Origin: Neophaeotheca triangularis
Lineage: Eukaryota
Assembly (NCBI GenBank): GCA_054600435.1
Contig: BAAIJX010000002.1
Coordinates: 310,001-374,000, forward strand
Length of the DNA stretch: 64,000 nt
Direction: 5' to 3'
Shown: positions 1 to 12,677 of the stretch, piece by piece
Layout of the letters: each line of letters starts with the position of its first letter
Numbering within the stretch: the stretch's first letter is position 1
Translations under genes and position numbers: made by a program
The notes under the pieces: generated by a model
The model's database searches: none
Told to the model about the DNA's origin: nothing
What the model saw: the letters and a program-made list of their open reading frames with translations, nothing else

Positions 1-3000
1 TATGTCTCTTCGCTATCACTCGCGGCTGCCAGGTTTGCTCAACGTTTCGCCAGAGCCTACCCGCTGAAATCTAATGAGGTTGTTCGCGCTGTCATACAAA
101 CGGCGCTCATCCACCATGGCCAAACGCCCACCTCTGAAACCGAATGGATCTCCAAAGACACGATCGAGGTCTTCGTACAAGCCGGAATAGTCGAAAATTT
201 GGCCGGTCTGGCCAATACGCAACCTTTGAAACAAGTCTGGCAATCTTCACGAGATGCCTTGTGCTTCGATCGAGCTGTAGGTTTGCTGGTTCGCCGGTGT
301 TTACGGACGTCAACGAAGCTCGATCTGCAAGGTTGGCAGCTATCGCCAGAAGCTAGAGGTATACTGCTAGAATGCCAGTTTGGGCATCTTCCCGCACTGG
401 CTCACAAGGCAAAATACTATGGAATGTTCACCTCGATGCTTGATTCTATCTTGCGAGAACTGTCGGTGGTGTATGCTCCGGATGCGTTCCCTCTACGTCG
501 AACGAGGGTCGCCACAGCCGTCTATCAATTACACACCGAATATCCGACGTTGATGTCGGCCGAGACGCTCGAGCTTTGGCAAAGCTGTCTTCAATTGACA
601 GAGGAAGGCGAACTTGAGCACGACCAGGGGTTGCTACCGTTAATGGACGACATCCGATCTTCATTGGCTATGGTCCGATTGTTGCAGGATCGGCGACCCT
701 CCGCAGTAGACCTAGGCCTTCATCTCCAGTCTTGGAATGCAATCATGACTGAATCGACAACAACCGAGCAATTAGTGACTCGTATCAACGACCCAGACTT
801 GTTAATCTGCCTACTGAGAGCCGCGGCATCGGTTACCAGAATGATGGGAGACGAAAATACAAGCTCGAAGGTCTTGCGGCTCAGGGTCGAAATGCACAAG
901 AGACTTGGGTCGAGGCATTTGTCTCAAGAACACGCTTGTTCCGCTTCGCTTGATTTGGCGGATTGCTACCTCCAACAGGGGTACGCCGAAAGCGCTGAGT
1001 CGGTTCTGGAGGCGGTGAGGGAGTCGTTTGCCGGAAATTTAGATGACGTCCTCCTACGATTGCGCTACGAAATAGCTCGCTCCGATCTACTTCTTTCCAT
1101 TGATCGACCTGAGGCCGCACGTTCAAATCTGGAGCAAACCATGGCTCTTCGCAATGAGCTCCCTGCGAGCAAGGTGCCAAGATCGCAGCGCCGGTCCTAC
1201 GAGCTGGTTCATGCTCGTGGCTGGTTGATGTACTCTCGCTATCTCCTCGCAAGCGGGTCAGCGCATGACGCGGTGATCGCGAGCAAGAGGAGCATGAGAC
1301 TCTTCAACTCGATCTGGAAGCATGTTGATGGGAATGCGGGGACGAAACCTACTGAGAATACTGCAGATGAACCAGAACCAGAACCAGAGCAGGCTGACAT
1401 TGGTCGCCTTGCAAGTGGAATCAAGAAATTACAGCTTACGGACGGCTCTAAGAAAGATGAAAAGTCACAGGAACTCAAAGGAGCCTCCTACTGGCCCATA
1501 CTTCCGAATCTCTGTCAGTCATTTCTGCATCTTTCGGCGCTATACTGTCACTATGGTCAGTACTCGGAGGCCAACTTCTACTGCGAATCTGCGCTTAAAC
1601 TTGCCGAATCGGTGGCCTCCAAGGCAATGTGTTCGAGCATCAGGTCTCGTCGAGCCCAGCTACTCATTCTTGCCGGACGGTTGGAAGAAGCCGAACTTTG
1701 TCTTTCTGCTGTCGGAGACGGTGTGGAGGAGCCATCGATCGTTTCTGTTGACAGACTTCGTGCCGTAGCTGCCTTGAAGCTGAAAGAAGGAGACGCGTAC
1801 GAGGCATCATCTCTACTCCGGCAGGCTGGCGATTTAGTTCAAACACTGGTTTCCAGGTCCCCTGTAAACACGTCAAAAAGTTCTACGAGCAACGATTCTA
1901 AAAGCTCTGCTCAGAAGACGGTCCGAAAATCCACTAAAAGCGCCCCGAGTAGGACGACTTCCAAGCCCGCTCCAAAGACCAGTCGTACACAGCCGGCGGT
2001 AGATCGAGATCGGGGGGCAGCAACTATAACTACTTGTTATTTGCTAGAGAAGCTGGCCGCCAAAATCGAAACGGAACGACTGGCAGCCCTGTTGCAGGCC
2101 GGCAACAGCATCGAATGCTCCAAGAATGCTGGCGTGCAACTCATGTCATGGAGCCAGACTCGCCTACAATATGCGATGGCTTTCAACCAGGCATCGGAAC
2201 TCCTCAACGCAGACTTTTGCTATAACGTTCTACCTGAATCGACAATTTCTCTACCTGCTCTACGCACATCCGAACGACGAGCTCCTGTTACTACAGCGTC
2301 GAAAGCTGCGCCAAAAACGGGACGACGGAACAAGACAACACCTCAGAGCTTCGCCGAACTACTGATCCAGGCACGTGCATGCCTTGTCAATGACTGCGCT
2401 GCCAGGCCTGATTATACTTCTTTCGAGCTACATTCTCGGTACTCCATGCTTGCCAATGCTAGCATGTTACTGTCTGCCGCACCAGCAAATCAGCGCATCG
2501 AAGAGTTGACTTCGAGCGAGCAAGCCTTTGTTTTGGAGTATGCACGAATGCATGCGGAGTTGGGAGAACGTCAATTAGTGAGCCTGGAAAGAAGAACTCC
2601 AGAAGCTGGCGGTTTTGGGTGGTTTGATACTACCGCATGTTCACGGCCAGAGATGGTGAACACTCACGCATTCTCCTCGGACTACCTCGATGTCCTGCCG
2701 AAAACCTGGACGACTGTGTCCATGAGTCTCGATGAGACGTGCACGGAGCTGTATGTTGCACGATATGTCGCTGATCAGGCTCCTTTTGTTGTGCGCTTGC
2801 CTTTTGCACGACATAAACCGGAAAGTGACGAGGAAGAGTCCTTCGACTTCCAAAGCGGCAAAGAAGAGCTTCAAGAGATTATTGAGCTGTCCAACTACAG
2901 CTGTCACAGCACGACTTCGGAGACCAAGAAGAAGACTTGGTGGGCTGAGAGGGAGTCCTTGGACAAGCGATTGCACGAGTTACTCATCAACATTGAAAAT

Positions 3001-4329
3001 GTATGGTTCGGTGGCTTCAAGAGTCTCTTCGCTTTGCAAGCACCTCAACAAGATTTGCTCTCAACCTTCCGCAAGTCCTTCGAAGCCATTTTGGAGCGTC
3101 ACCTACCTTCCAGACGAGCTGCAAAGGCTGCAAAGAAGAATATGGCTCTCGACGACAAGGTGCTCGGGCTTTTTATCGGACTGGGAAGCGATCATGACGG
3201 TGCGGTCGATCTGGACGAGTCGTTGGCAGATCTGCTATACTTCGTGATCGACATACTGCAATTCAATGGCGAGCGCAACGCATACGACGAAGTCGATCTC
3301 GACAGCATGGCCACGGAGACATTAGACGCTCTACGTGCCTACCACGAGGCGGACGATTCAAACCAACCCGAAGACCGTCACCTGATTCTAGTACTAGACA
3401 GACGCTTGCACGTCTTTCCCTGGGAAAGCATGCCTTGTCTCGACGGAGCAAGTGTCAGCAGAGTCGGCAGCATGCAATCACTTAAAGAACGCCTCACCAC
3501 TCTACGAAAAGAGCACTCAGCTACGGACCACCTCACGGTCCCACGAACCCAAGGGACTTACATCCTCAACCCCTCCTCCGACCTTCCCAGCACGGAAGCC
3601 GCCCTCCTGCCCACCCTATCCCAACTCCCCTCCCACTGGACCCCGATCGTCAACCGCGCCCCCAGCGAAGAGACCTTCAGCACCGCCCTCCAAACCTCGC
3701 CCATAACCCTCTACTTCGGCCACGGCGCGGGCTCGCAATACATCCGCCCCCGCACCATCAAAAAGCTCCCAGTCTGCAGCGACGTCGTCTGGCTCATGGG
3801 CTGCTCCTCGGGCGCCGCCACCGAGCACGGCGAGCTAGAACCGCAAGCCGTACCGCTCGCGTACCTGCTAGCGGGAAACTCCGACCCCGCCACCACCCGT
3901 CCCGCCGCTCCACAGAGCAATTGCAAAGCCGTCGCCGCAACCCTCTGGGACGTCACCGACAAAGACATCGACCGCTTCTCGCTCGCCGTGGGCGAGGCTT
4001 GGGGGCTTTGGAACTCCTCTCCCACTACCAACACCACCACCAACAAACCCGCCAAAACTCCCAAGAAGCCCTCCTCCTCCTCCTCCTTCCAGCGCAGTCG
4101 ATCACCAGCAACGCCAAAACGCCCTCCCAAGACGCCCGCGGGCAAGACTCCGAAGCCTTCTGCGCGAACGCCGAGTCGAGGCGACGAGCGAGGGGTGCGG
4201 GCCAAAAGGGGGGTTCCGGGCAGTTTGTCGCGAGCCGTGGCGGAGAGTCGGGAGGTCTGTTATCTACGGTATTTGAACGGCGCCGCGACGGTGGTTTACG
4301 GGGTGCCGGTCTACCTTGATGGGGCCTGA
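1..4329 (+). CDS. ESP1: Separase (Esp1/Cut1/BimB), peptidase C50; 5' end lies outside the window
   Basis: Frame is open from base 1 to TGA at 4327-4329. C-terminal motifs YFGHGAGSQYI, WLMGCSS, LWDVTDKDIDRF and YLNGAATVVYGVP are typical of separases; WWAERESLDKRL and FPWESMP are also present. Confidence 0.95.
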   Translation, partial: YVSSLSLAAARFAQRFARAYPLKSNEVVRAVIQTALIHHGQTPTSETEWISKDTIEVFVQAGIVENLAGLANTQPLKQVWQSSRDALCFDRAVGLLVRRCLRTSTKLDLQGWQLSPEARGILLECQFGHLPALAHKAKYYGMFTSMLDSILRELSVVYAPDAFPLRRTRVATAVYQLHTEYPTLMSAETLELWQSCLQLTEEGELEHDQGLLPLMDDIRSSLAMVRLLQDRRPSAVDLGLHLQSWNAIMTESTTTEQLVTRINDPDLLICLLRAAASVTRMMGDENTSSKVLRLRVEMHKRLGSRHLSQEHACSASLDLADCYLQQGYAESAESVLEAVRESFAGNLDDVLLRLRYEIARSDLLLSIDRPEAARSNLEQTMALRNELPASKVPRSQRRSYELVHARGWLMYSRYLLASGSAHDAVIASKRSMRLFNSIWKHVDGNAGTKPTENTADEPEPEPEQADIGRLASGIKKLQLTDGSKKDEKSQELKGASYWPILPNLCQSFLHLSALYCHYGQYSEANFYCESALKLAESVASKAMCSSIRSRRAQLLILAGRLEEAELCLSAVGDGVEEPSIVSVDRLRAVAALKLKEGDAYEASSLLRQAGDLVQTLVSRSPVNTSKSSTSNDSKSSAQKTVRKSTKSAPSRTTSKPAPKTSRTQPAVDRDRGAATITTCYLLEKLAAKIETERLAALLQAGNSIECSKNAGVQLMSWSQTRLQYAMAFNQASELLNADFCYNVLPESTISLPALRTSERRAPVTTASKAAPKTGRRNKTTPQSFAELLIQARACLVNDCAARPDYTSFELHSRYSMLANASMLLSAAPANQRIEELTSSEQAFVLEYARMHAELGERQLVSLERRTPEAGGFGWFDTTACSRPEMVNTHAFSSDYLDVLPKTWTTVSMSLDETCTELYVARYVADQAPFVVRLPFARHKPESDEEESFDFQSGKEELQEIIELSNYSCHSTTSETKKKTWWAERESLDKRLHELLINIENVWFGGFKSLFALQAPQQDLLSTFRKSFEAILERHLPSRRAAKAAKKNMALDDKVLGLFIGLGSDHDGAVDLDESLADLLYFVIDILQFNGERNAYDEVDLDSMATETLDALRAYHEADDSNQPEDRHLILVLDRRLHVFPWESMPCLDGASVSRVGSMQSLKERLTTLRKEHSATDHLTVPRTQGTYILNPSSDLPSTEAALLPTLSQLPSHWTPIVNRAPSEETFSTALQTSPITLYFGHGAGSQYIRPRTIKKLPVCSDVVWLMGCSSGAATEHGELEPQAVPLAYLLAGNSDPATTRPAAPQSNCKAVAATLWDVTDKDIDRFSLAVGEAWGLWNSSPTTNTTTNKPAKTPKKPSSSSSFQRSRSPATPKRPPKTPAGKTPKPSARTPSRGDERGVRAKRGVPGSLSRAVAESREVCYLRYLNGAATVVYGVPVYLDGA

Positions 4330-5497
4330 AGAGGGGGTTTAGGAAGAGGGTGGGGGAAGACAAGGGGAGGAAGGGTAACTTTGGGGTTTTTGGTTTTAGT
4401 TTCCTCAATGAGAAAGGGAGAGAGAATGTAGAGGGGGGTTTTTTGCTGCGTTTTGAGCGTGTGGCGTTGGGGTTCTTTTTCTGTTTCCCGCTTGTTGTGT
4501 ACAGGTCTACTCCCTTCCTTCTCTCTCTCCCTCTCTCTCTCTCTGAATCTGCTCGTCCAAGTCTCGATCCGGACAAGTAAAGTTCCATCGCCAGCGCCGG
4601 CCGGCCGGCTTGTCAAATCCTCCCTGTTCCCGTGCGCCGCCGATTGTCAAGTAGACGCCGTCCCGTTCTAGGTGTCTTCTCGTGAATTTGAGAGCTCAAG
4701 TGTAGCAGACTGACATTTCCGCCTTTTGCTCGGGGGTTTTAGATATCTTTCATGGTTTTGTGTTCTTGTCGTTGCGTTCTTAGCTGGTATTGACACTTTG
4801 AGTAAGAGGGGGGGAAAGGCGATAACAGACTTTTTCAAAAATTTACCATTCATGGAACATCTGCTCTAGCCGCCTTTTCTTTTTAGAAGACCGGGTTAAC
4901 AAGAAGTGCACCCATTCCCACACCGACGGGAGCGAGATCGGCCCATGACACAAAGAAAAATAAACCGTCGAGATGGACTTGGAGAGTAAAGTTTGAAAGC
5001 TTTGATTTAATCTATCCAGTACATGACCTTTTTACATGATCTAGCTCTAGGAATTGGGCTCACCAGCTCAATCACACGTTCCTCCAATCCTCTTCCACGT
5101 TCGTACTGTGTTTCCTTGTGAAAAAGCGAGGTTTGAGTTTTCGCGTAGACTGGTGGGGAGGCTTTGGGGGCGTGCTGGTTATGTATCGTGGGAGCTCCGC
5201 CGGAATCTTCCCAGTGAATGCCTCGTTGTTCCATGGCGGTGATGCCGTCGCCCTCCGTCGTCGCCCTCCGCCGCCGCCGCCGCTGCTGCAGATCTCCTTG
5301 CTCTTTTGTAATAAGATGCTTTTGCAGAATCTCTCGGCCTTTTCTTCTCAGATGTATCGAGCCTGCGGAGCTCGGGGCTGTAGCTGCTGGACTTCTAGGA
5401 AGAGTGGCGTGAAAGTCACGATGTGATATTCTCCACCTTCCTTCGCCGGCGGGCGGTCTTCAGAGCCTAGTCGCGAGCACCAAAATCCCAAAGAGAC

Positions 5498-6664
5498 TTA
5501 CGCCCAAGGCGCGGGCACAAAGTTCTCGTTCCAAAGCCCCGGGGCCGGTCTGCTCGCTCTCAGCATCTCAACCGTAGCTGGCAGCAGCTCCTCCAAAGGC
5601 TGGCTGATCCTCACACCCTCCCTCGGTGTCTTCCCTAAAGCCAAGTCCGCGTAAAAAGCCTCCTCGCCACGCACGCCGCCCGTGTTGGCAATTCCAATTG
5701 GCATGCCTTGCTCTTTTGCCCGCTTGACTAGCCTCCAGGCGCTATATGTAGCCAGGCTGGAACCTAGGACTAGTATCCGACTGGCCTCGTCTATTGCCTG
5801 CTCAGCGGCGATTTTGACGGGGTTGGGGATGCTCTCGCCAAACATGATGACGGCCGGTTTCAGCACCCCGGCGGTGGAAGTACTGGACCATGCCCCATCG
5901 CTGTCGATTTCCACTTTCTTGTCTTTGGGAGGGTTGGCCAGACACACGGGACAGGCCGGGTAGCGGAAAGTGGTGTACTCGACACCCGGAATGTCGACGT
6001 CGCCGTCTGGGTTGGTTTTGAGACCTTTGCGGCGCCGCTCTTCGGGGTTTTCGGTTGTGAGAGCTCCCGATGCGAGCATTTCGGCTAGGAAGGCGGACCA
6101 TGCTGGGTTCAGGGCGGAGAGGTCTTGTTGAAATTGCGCGCGGTCGTACTCGGTGCGGCAGGAGAGGCAGACGGTGCTGCGGAGGTAGCCGTGGAGTTCG
6201 AGGGTGCGGAGGGAGGGGTGGGCGGCGGGGTGGAAGGAGTCGACGTTTTGGGTGATGACGCTGCTGATGGTGCCGAGTTGGGCGAGGGCGGTGACGGCGT
6301 GGTGGGAGGAGTTGGGCTTGCTGCGGTTGAGGTTCGTCCAGCCTAGATAGCTGCGGGCCCAGTAGCGTTTGCGGGCTTCGTGGTTGGCGCAGAATTCGTG
6401 AAAGTAGATGGGGCGGTAGGTCTTGTTTAGGGTGTAGGTGCCGTTGCTGCCGCGGTAGTCGGCCAGGCCTGAGGCGACGGAGATGCCGGCGCCGGAAAGG
6501 ATGACGGTCTTGGCATTGGCATTCTCATTGTTGGTGGATGCTGCTGGCTTTTGTTTGAGAAAGTCGTGTAGTGAGGTGATTGCGCCTTGAAGGGTGGTGG
6601 CAGAGGGCGGGATGATGGTGGGTTGCGGAAGCGGCGCCGTGTAGGGGATTCGCATCAATGGCAT
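5498..6664 (-). CDS. NAD-dependent sirtuin deacylase, SIRT4-like (class II)
   Basis: 388 aa ORF with GAGISVASGLADYRG, RKRYWARSY, TQNVDSFH, ELHGYL, CxxC zinc ribbon, KPAVIMFGE and LGSSL. Confidence 0.93.
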   Translation of the reverse strand: MPLMRIPYTAPLPQPTIIPPSATTLQGAITSLHDFLKQKPAASTNNENANAKTVILSGAGISVASGLADYRGSNGTYTLNKTYRPIYFHEFCANHEARKRYWARSYLGWTNLNRSKPNSSHHAVTALAQLGTISSVITQNVDSFHPAAHPSLRTLELHGYLRSTVCLSCRTEYDRAQFQQDLSALNPAWSAFLAEMLASGALTTENPEERRRKGLKTNPDGDVDIPGVEYTTFRYPACPVCLANPPKDKKVEIDSDGAWSSTSTAGVLKPAVIMFGESIPNPVKIAAEQAIDEASRILVLGSSLATYSAWRLVKRAKEQGMPIGIANTGGVRGEEAFYADLALGKTPREGVRISQPLEELLPATVEMLRASRPAPGLWNENFVPAPWA

Positions 6665-7640
6665 GGAAGCTGTCTCTGTCTCTGTCTCAGGTCCATTGCA
6701 GGGTGATGTTCATGTCGCTTGCCCTAGGCAGTTGCAGCTAAAGGTGGTAAGATGGGCGTCTCGTCTTTGTGCAATGGAAGTGGATGTCGTCAGTATATGC
6801 CTTACGTAAGGTAGTTAGTATCCGTGGATCTTGGGGCGTTGATCGCCCTGATCGCCCTGCCTTGCCTTGCCTTTTCTTCCACTCTTCCCAGCTACCCGGT
6901 CTCGCCACAATAATTTAATACATACAATCATACATGTTCAATTATTAGATAGGTACTAATAACAAGACTAGAAGCATACCATACCTAGGTAAGGTACAGT
7001 AGAGAGTAGCAAGCAAACGCGGCCATGTTCAGTTCTTTGACCAGTGGGCTTTGCTAATCGCCTCGTCTCGTTTCGTCTCGTCTCGTCCTGTCTCGTCTCG
7101 CCTTGTGTCAGTCTCGTGTTGCAACTTGTTTGTTTGAGAAGAATAACAATAATCATGTTGGAATTATTAATCAGAAATTAATCAGAAATTAATCAACAGG
7201 GCTCGAGCAGGGCTTACCTCGTACCGCCGGCAGGGCTTGACAGGCAACGGTTAGGATGCTGGTGTTTCAGCGCCCTGACCAGACAGCGAACGGCCAACGG
7301 TCCCAAACGGGGGGGGGGGAATACCTAGGTAGGTAAGGTAGTCTGGGAGCAGGCGGAAAAGAAGCGTGGTGTAACCCGGTCCGGCACCTTTCTTCAAACA
7401 CTTTCACTGCTGAGTCTTGCTCCCTTGCAATTACCAACACTCACTGCACGCGGCCATATCCATGTCCATGTCCATGTCCATGTCCATGTACGTAGCTTGT
7501 TGGTCAGATGAACTGACTACCTAGGTATGCCCTGGTCTGTGTTGAGCTGCGTCCATGGTATATTACTACAGAGAGCCAAGTAGGTCTGGTCTGGTCAAGT
7601 TCCAATCCTTCCCTTCCAATCCTTTCGACCATCATCAATC

Positions 7641-9857
7641 ATGTCGTCTGCTCTTCCTCCTCGTTCCCCTCACGCCCGTATGCGGTCGTCGACTCGCATG
7701 GATCTTGTCCAGTCGCTCCTGAGCAGTAGCAAAGCCTCGTCCAACAAGCCCAAGCCCAAGCAACAACAACTCTCCCCCACCTGCGAAGAAATCAACATCA
7801 ACATCGACTCCCCTCGAGACTCGCTTTCACCCGTCAGACAAGACTACAACTACAACGGGAAGAAATTGGCACATGCAAGAAGCGCCGTCGAACTTTGTCA
7901 GCAACACGAAAAGGTGGCGCCTAGGATCAGTGTCGACTTCCGCGATCCTTTTGCAACGACGCGAAACGACGGCGACGACGACGACAAAGCAGTTGCACCC
8001 GCGCCAGCTCCTGCACGAAGCCGATCCGCACAGAGTTTGAGGAAGGCAGCACCATCACCATCACCATCACCATCACCACCTCCACCTCCACCTCCATCCA
8101 CACATCAAAACAGTCCGACCCAGGCAGTCACCAACCTCCCACCTAGCTCAGCCCCCCTGACCCCGACCCAAGCGTGTCCGCCACGTTCTCTCTCCCGAAC
8201 CTATTACCCTTCACCTCTGCATCTCGACAAATCAAACGGTCACACCAAGACCTTACCGCGCACTCTACGGCCATGTATTCGTGATGCCGTTGCATCGAAT
8301 ACCACTCGCACCTCTCGCTCGCCACAACCCAATCCCAAACGGCCAGCATTGAACCGTCTCAGGACGTACTACAAAGCCCCTGCACCACCACCGCCATCCG
8401 TCGCCGACACCATGGGCAACGAAAATTCCAAGCAGGTCCCCGATGGTGCCACGGCAGCCGATGATGCAAGCATGCGTAGTGTAGTGCGAAAACCACTGCA
8501 TGCGCGTCTGCCGCGCAAGAGCTCTATGAACATCTTCAAGCGCATGGACTCGAAGAACCCACTGTCTCCCTCAACCACTGCAACAGTGATTGTAGTACCA
8601 CCGCCTGATGATATGGCCTTGGATGGAGCCCCCCGGGACGTACCAATACCTTGCATACACGCCCGGCGTCATTCGACAAAGTCACCTATCGACCAACCCG
8701 AAGCACAACCTAGACCGAGCACAGCAACCATGACGGAGAGACTAGCTCAACAGCCCCTCAGCGCTTCCAATACCATTACCAACCTTCCAGAAACTTCCAG
8801 GAATACCCCCTCCCACCCATCGTCGAGCAATGACGCAGACAACGAGGCCAGCAGCGATAAAATCGACTCGCAACCGCCCGTTGTACCGCTCCACCGTAGC
8901 TCGGCTCTCTCGCCCACCTTGCCATCGCCCAGCCCACTCCCAGAGGACAGTCCGCACAAGTACGGGCTACGGGATCGAATGGACACACCCGAGATGCCGG
9001 AGCCGGTCCAAAGTGCCCCGGACATCAGCATTGCCAAGGCAAGGCGAAGGAGCAGTGGCCTGGAAATCTTCAATGTGAGGTTCCCCCTACCACCCACCGC
9101 CTTCCTGCCCATGATGCCCACCATGTCTCGACGCGTACCCTCGCACAAGCACACCCGAAACTCCTCCCTCGGCAGATTCCTGCCCATGTTCTGCCGCTAA
9201 CAAGCGGTCGGACGTTTGCAAAAACAGGATGCTAAACAACTTCAATCCGCGTCTTCCTTCCTCAACGGCCTCTCTACCGCCCGTCGCCGCGCCGAATCCC
9301 GCTCAAACTCCCACTCCAACTTTACAACCCGCGCGGCCAGCGCCACAGACTTCACACGCCCGGCTTCCGCGACTTTCTACAACCCTCCCAACAACACCTC
9401 ACAAACCTCCCTCCTCCGCGCCCGCCGCCACAGCACCTCCCAAACCCACCACACCATCTACCCCCCTTCCTCCCAATCCTACTCGCCCCCAACAACCAGG
9501 CATACAGGCCACAATTTCAAGCCCTCGGGCTTTGCATACGCCCACTCCCTCACGCCCCAGCAAAACAACTGCTACACTTCACATTCCAACTTGCGCCTCT
9601 CGGCCAACAAGCACGCGCCCGTCGAGTGCGCTGTCTGCCATATGGACGACGACCGCGAGCACTGGAGTTGCAGCTGGTGCGCGTTGAGGATGTGTGGGTA
9701 TTGTAGAAGGGGTTTCGCCACAGGGGGTCTTGGGGGTTTGAGAGCGAGGGTTAGGGGTGCTGAGTTGGGTGGGGGTGTTGAGGGGACAATTTGGGGTGAA
9801 GGGCTGGGAATGGGCATGGGGAATGCTGGGAGGGGGAGGAGGGCTAGTTTTGTTTGA
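7641..9857 (+). CDS. Hypothetical Ser/Pro-rich protein with C-terminal Cys-rich (Zn-binding-like) domain; two exons
   Basis: Intron 9075-9227 (GTGAGG...GCTAAC...CAG) joins the 7641 and 9216 ORFs in frame (LEIFN|DAKQLQSASSFLNG). C-terminus has ECAVC...WSCSWCALRMCGYC. True start may be the internal MGNENSK at 8412. Confidence 0.7.
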
Positions 9858-10130
9858 TTGCCGGAAGTTTTCTTTTGTTTGGGTTTGGCCGTCGCCGGGG
9901 GGGGAAGGGGTTCTATTTTATCTTATTTCATTCGGCTTTTGCTTTGCGCTTGGGTCTGGTTACCCGGAAAGCTTCTTACAGCTGGTGTTTGGGTCGAATG
10001 AGGGAGGGAAAGGTGAAAGGCGAAAGTCGAAAGGCGAAGAGAAAGTTGCATATACCCCCCCGGGGGGCCTTGTTTGGCACTGCAGGATATTCGCCTGGCA
10101 TGTATAGATACACATATGATTAGACAGACA

Positions 10131-10208
10131 GACAGAGAGAGAGGGAGAGAGAGAGAGAGAGAGAGGGAGGGAGAGAGGGAGAGAGAGGGAGAGAGACAGA
10201 GAGAGAGA
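10131..10208. repeat. GA/GACA microsatellite
   Basis: Imperfect (GA)n purine tract seen directly. Confidence 0.9.
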
Positions 10209-10356
10209 TAATCGTGGAATATCATCGTCTTCAAAGCCCGTAATTGCTACCACTATGCCTCCATCATCTTTACCACCTCGTTCGTAACGCTATTACGGGA
10301 GCAACGTCCTCGAACCCGAGTACCTACCTAGGTAATCTAAGAAGCGCCTTACACTA

Positions 10357-10447
10357 ACTACCTTACCTACCTACCTACCTACCTACCTACCTACCTACCT
10401 ACCTACCTACCTTACCTACCTACCAACCTACCTATCTACCTACCTAC
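10357..10447. repeat. (CTAC)n microsatellite
   Basis: About 20 near-perfect TACC/CTAC units. Confidence 0.92.
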
Positions 10448-10681
10448 ATCCCACAGCAGGAAGAAGCTCCACTAGGCCACATCGTCGACATAGCCAGATA
10501 GCGCGCGTGAGCAATCCCCAGCACTAGGAGAAAAACGACCGAAGCGGTTTGCACCAACTACGACAGAGACCCAATGTTCGATACACACACACACGTAGGG
10601 AGCGCTAGAAGAGAGAAAGGTACAGTAGACTTGAGCATCGTCATCTGCAAGCATCAATCGATACCTGGGCGATCCACCTGG

Positions 10682-10712
10682 CTAGTCTAGTCTAGTCTAG
10701 TCTAGTCTAGTC
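10682..10712. repeat. (CTAGT)n microsatellite
   Basis: Six tandem CTAGT units. Confidence 0.85.
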
Positions 10713-10973
10713 ATGTAGCACTCTCTGCAGAAGCAACGAAAGGTACGGCGGGAGTTTTGTCCAAGCCCAGGTGCAGTGGCCCGAAGCCAAAGGAAAGCAT
10801 CGCTGGTGGCTGGAAAGGCCTCGTTGGGGTGGATGGCTGCATCGACAGTTCCGGGGGTTAGGTTAGAAGAAACGGAAAAACTTCCCAACCTTTCTCTCTG
10901 GAATCCTCCCGTTCCAGTTCGCATAGCCAAAAAGAAAAGAAAAAAAAAAGGAAAAAAAGTACCCCCCCCCCTT

Positions 10974-12476
10974 TTATCCCCCCACTCCCACCCCGGTCCC
11001 CTCCACTCCCGCAACAGCACCGACAAACTCTCTCCAGCGAAAAACCTCGCCCCTCCCTTTCTTCTGCGGACTCCCGACAGTAGCGGCACCGGTAAAAGCC
11101 CTCCTGCCGACAAAAGCCGCCATGGCAGCCTCGACCTCTTCTTCACCGAGGCGGAAATCCTCTTCCCCGACCTCGGGAGCCGTAGTCATGACGGCTTCCC
11201 TCAGAGCTTCGGCGTCGATTTGTCCCGAGTCTTCGAGGTCGAAGGCGCCGAAGGCTGCGCTTAGTTCTTCCGGGGACGAGAGGTTGCTCATTGGGCTGGT
11301 GAGGGAGGTGAGGTATTGGCTTAGGTTTAGAGTTGGGGGGGTCGTGGTTGAATTTGTTGGGGGGAAGAAGTCCGAGGTTGGTGGGAGCGTGGATGGGTCG
11401 AGACCGCTGGAGGCGAGGGCTTTGGTTAGGGAGGCGGGGGTCAGGGCGTTGGCGCTGTCCGTGTCGAGGACTTCGAAGGATTCGCGCAGGCTGTGGAGGA
11501 GAGGTGGCGGAAGGTGGGTGTAGTTTCCGCCGGCTGGAGGGGCGGTTGGAAGGCGTGATGGGGGTTTGGTGGTGGGAGCATGGTGGGGTTTGGGTGCTAG
11601 GGAGGCAGGGGAGGCGGGTTCGGTGGTGTTGAAGTTTGGTTGGCGGAGAGTGGTGGTTGTTGAGGAGGTGACTGTGCGCTGGGCTGTAGGGCGGAGGTTC
11701 ACCTTTTGGGCCGAGGGGGATTCGAAGAGGTTTGGTCTTGAGCTGGTGCGGGCGCCGTCGAAAGGAGAGTCCAAAGTCGGCGGTGCTGGCGAATGAGGGG
11801 CGGGTGAGGCGTGTGCGCCATCGTAGGGAGAGGGCGAGTCTGGAGTGATGCTGGATTTGCGTTCTGCTCCCGAAGGCAGGCTTCTCGGCGCTGGGTTTGT
11901 CTCGGTCTTTTGGGCCTCTGTAGTCTCAGATAAAGTAGGCGATGGCTCCGGTTCTGGTGTAGGTTCTGGAGCTAAGCTGTTCTGGCGACTGAAGGATAGA
12001 CTGCCTCTGCTCTCTTCTCTATTGAAGATGACACTGCCACGCTTCTCCCGGTCCATGCCACTGCTCGCTCTGCTGGGACTTCTGCTGGGGCTTCCTGGTA
12101 TTTCTAACGCGCTGTTCGACCTGGCGAAAGGACTTGCTGGTCTACTAGTCGAAGCCTGACTGTTCTGACTAGGCCGACGGACGAAAGGGCTCGCCTTCTC
12201 AGGGCTGAGCGATCCATTCTTAGTCGGTGAGACGGATTGGGACAAACTGGAAGAGGCGCGGTGGAAGGATGGGGGAGGTGTCTCGCGTGTGGGAGTCGAT
12301 CCTCGTAGGGAATTGCTCGAGGTTTCGCGGGTTGGAGTCGAGCCCCGGATCGCAGTGCTGTTCTGACGCTTGAAAGGGGATTCTCGGCCAGAGTTGAACA
12401 GGGGGCGTGTGGGAGTAGACTACACTGGTGTTAGTAGGACTCTCTTAATTTCTATATGAGCAGCAAGCCATACCAT
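10974..12476 (-). CDS. EF-hand protein (myosin regulatory light chain/calmodulin-like C-terminus) with long Ser/Pro-rich N-terminus
   Basis: ATG at 12476-12474 is followed by a 54-nt intron 12473-12420 (GTATGG...CTAAC...TAG), in frame with the 423 aa ORF. LRESFEVLDTDS and LSAAFGAFDLEDSGQIDAEALRE are EF-hand-like. Confidence 0.82.
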
Positions 12477-12677
12477 GTTTCTGTCTACCTTTAGACGTAT
12501 ATGAGATGGGTTATCTCTTGGTGTCGCTCGTTGCGTTGCGTACCTAGGTAAGTAGCGTTTGTTGATGACGGACGTAAACACTACCCGCGCTCCAAAGCAA
12601 CCTACCGTACCGAACGATAAGCGCGATAGACTACTCACACGTGCCAAGGTCCGGGCAAGCTTGGCACTTTAAAATTC

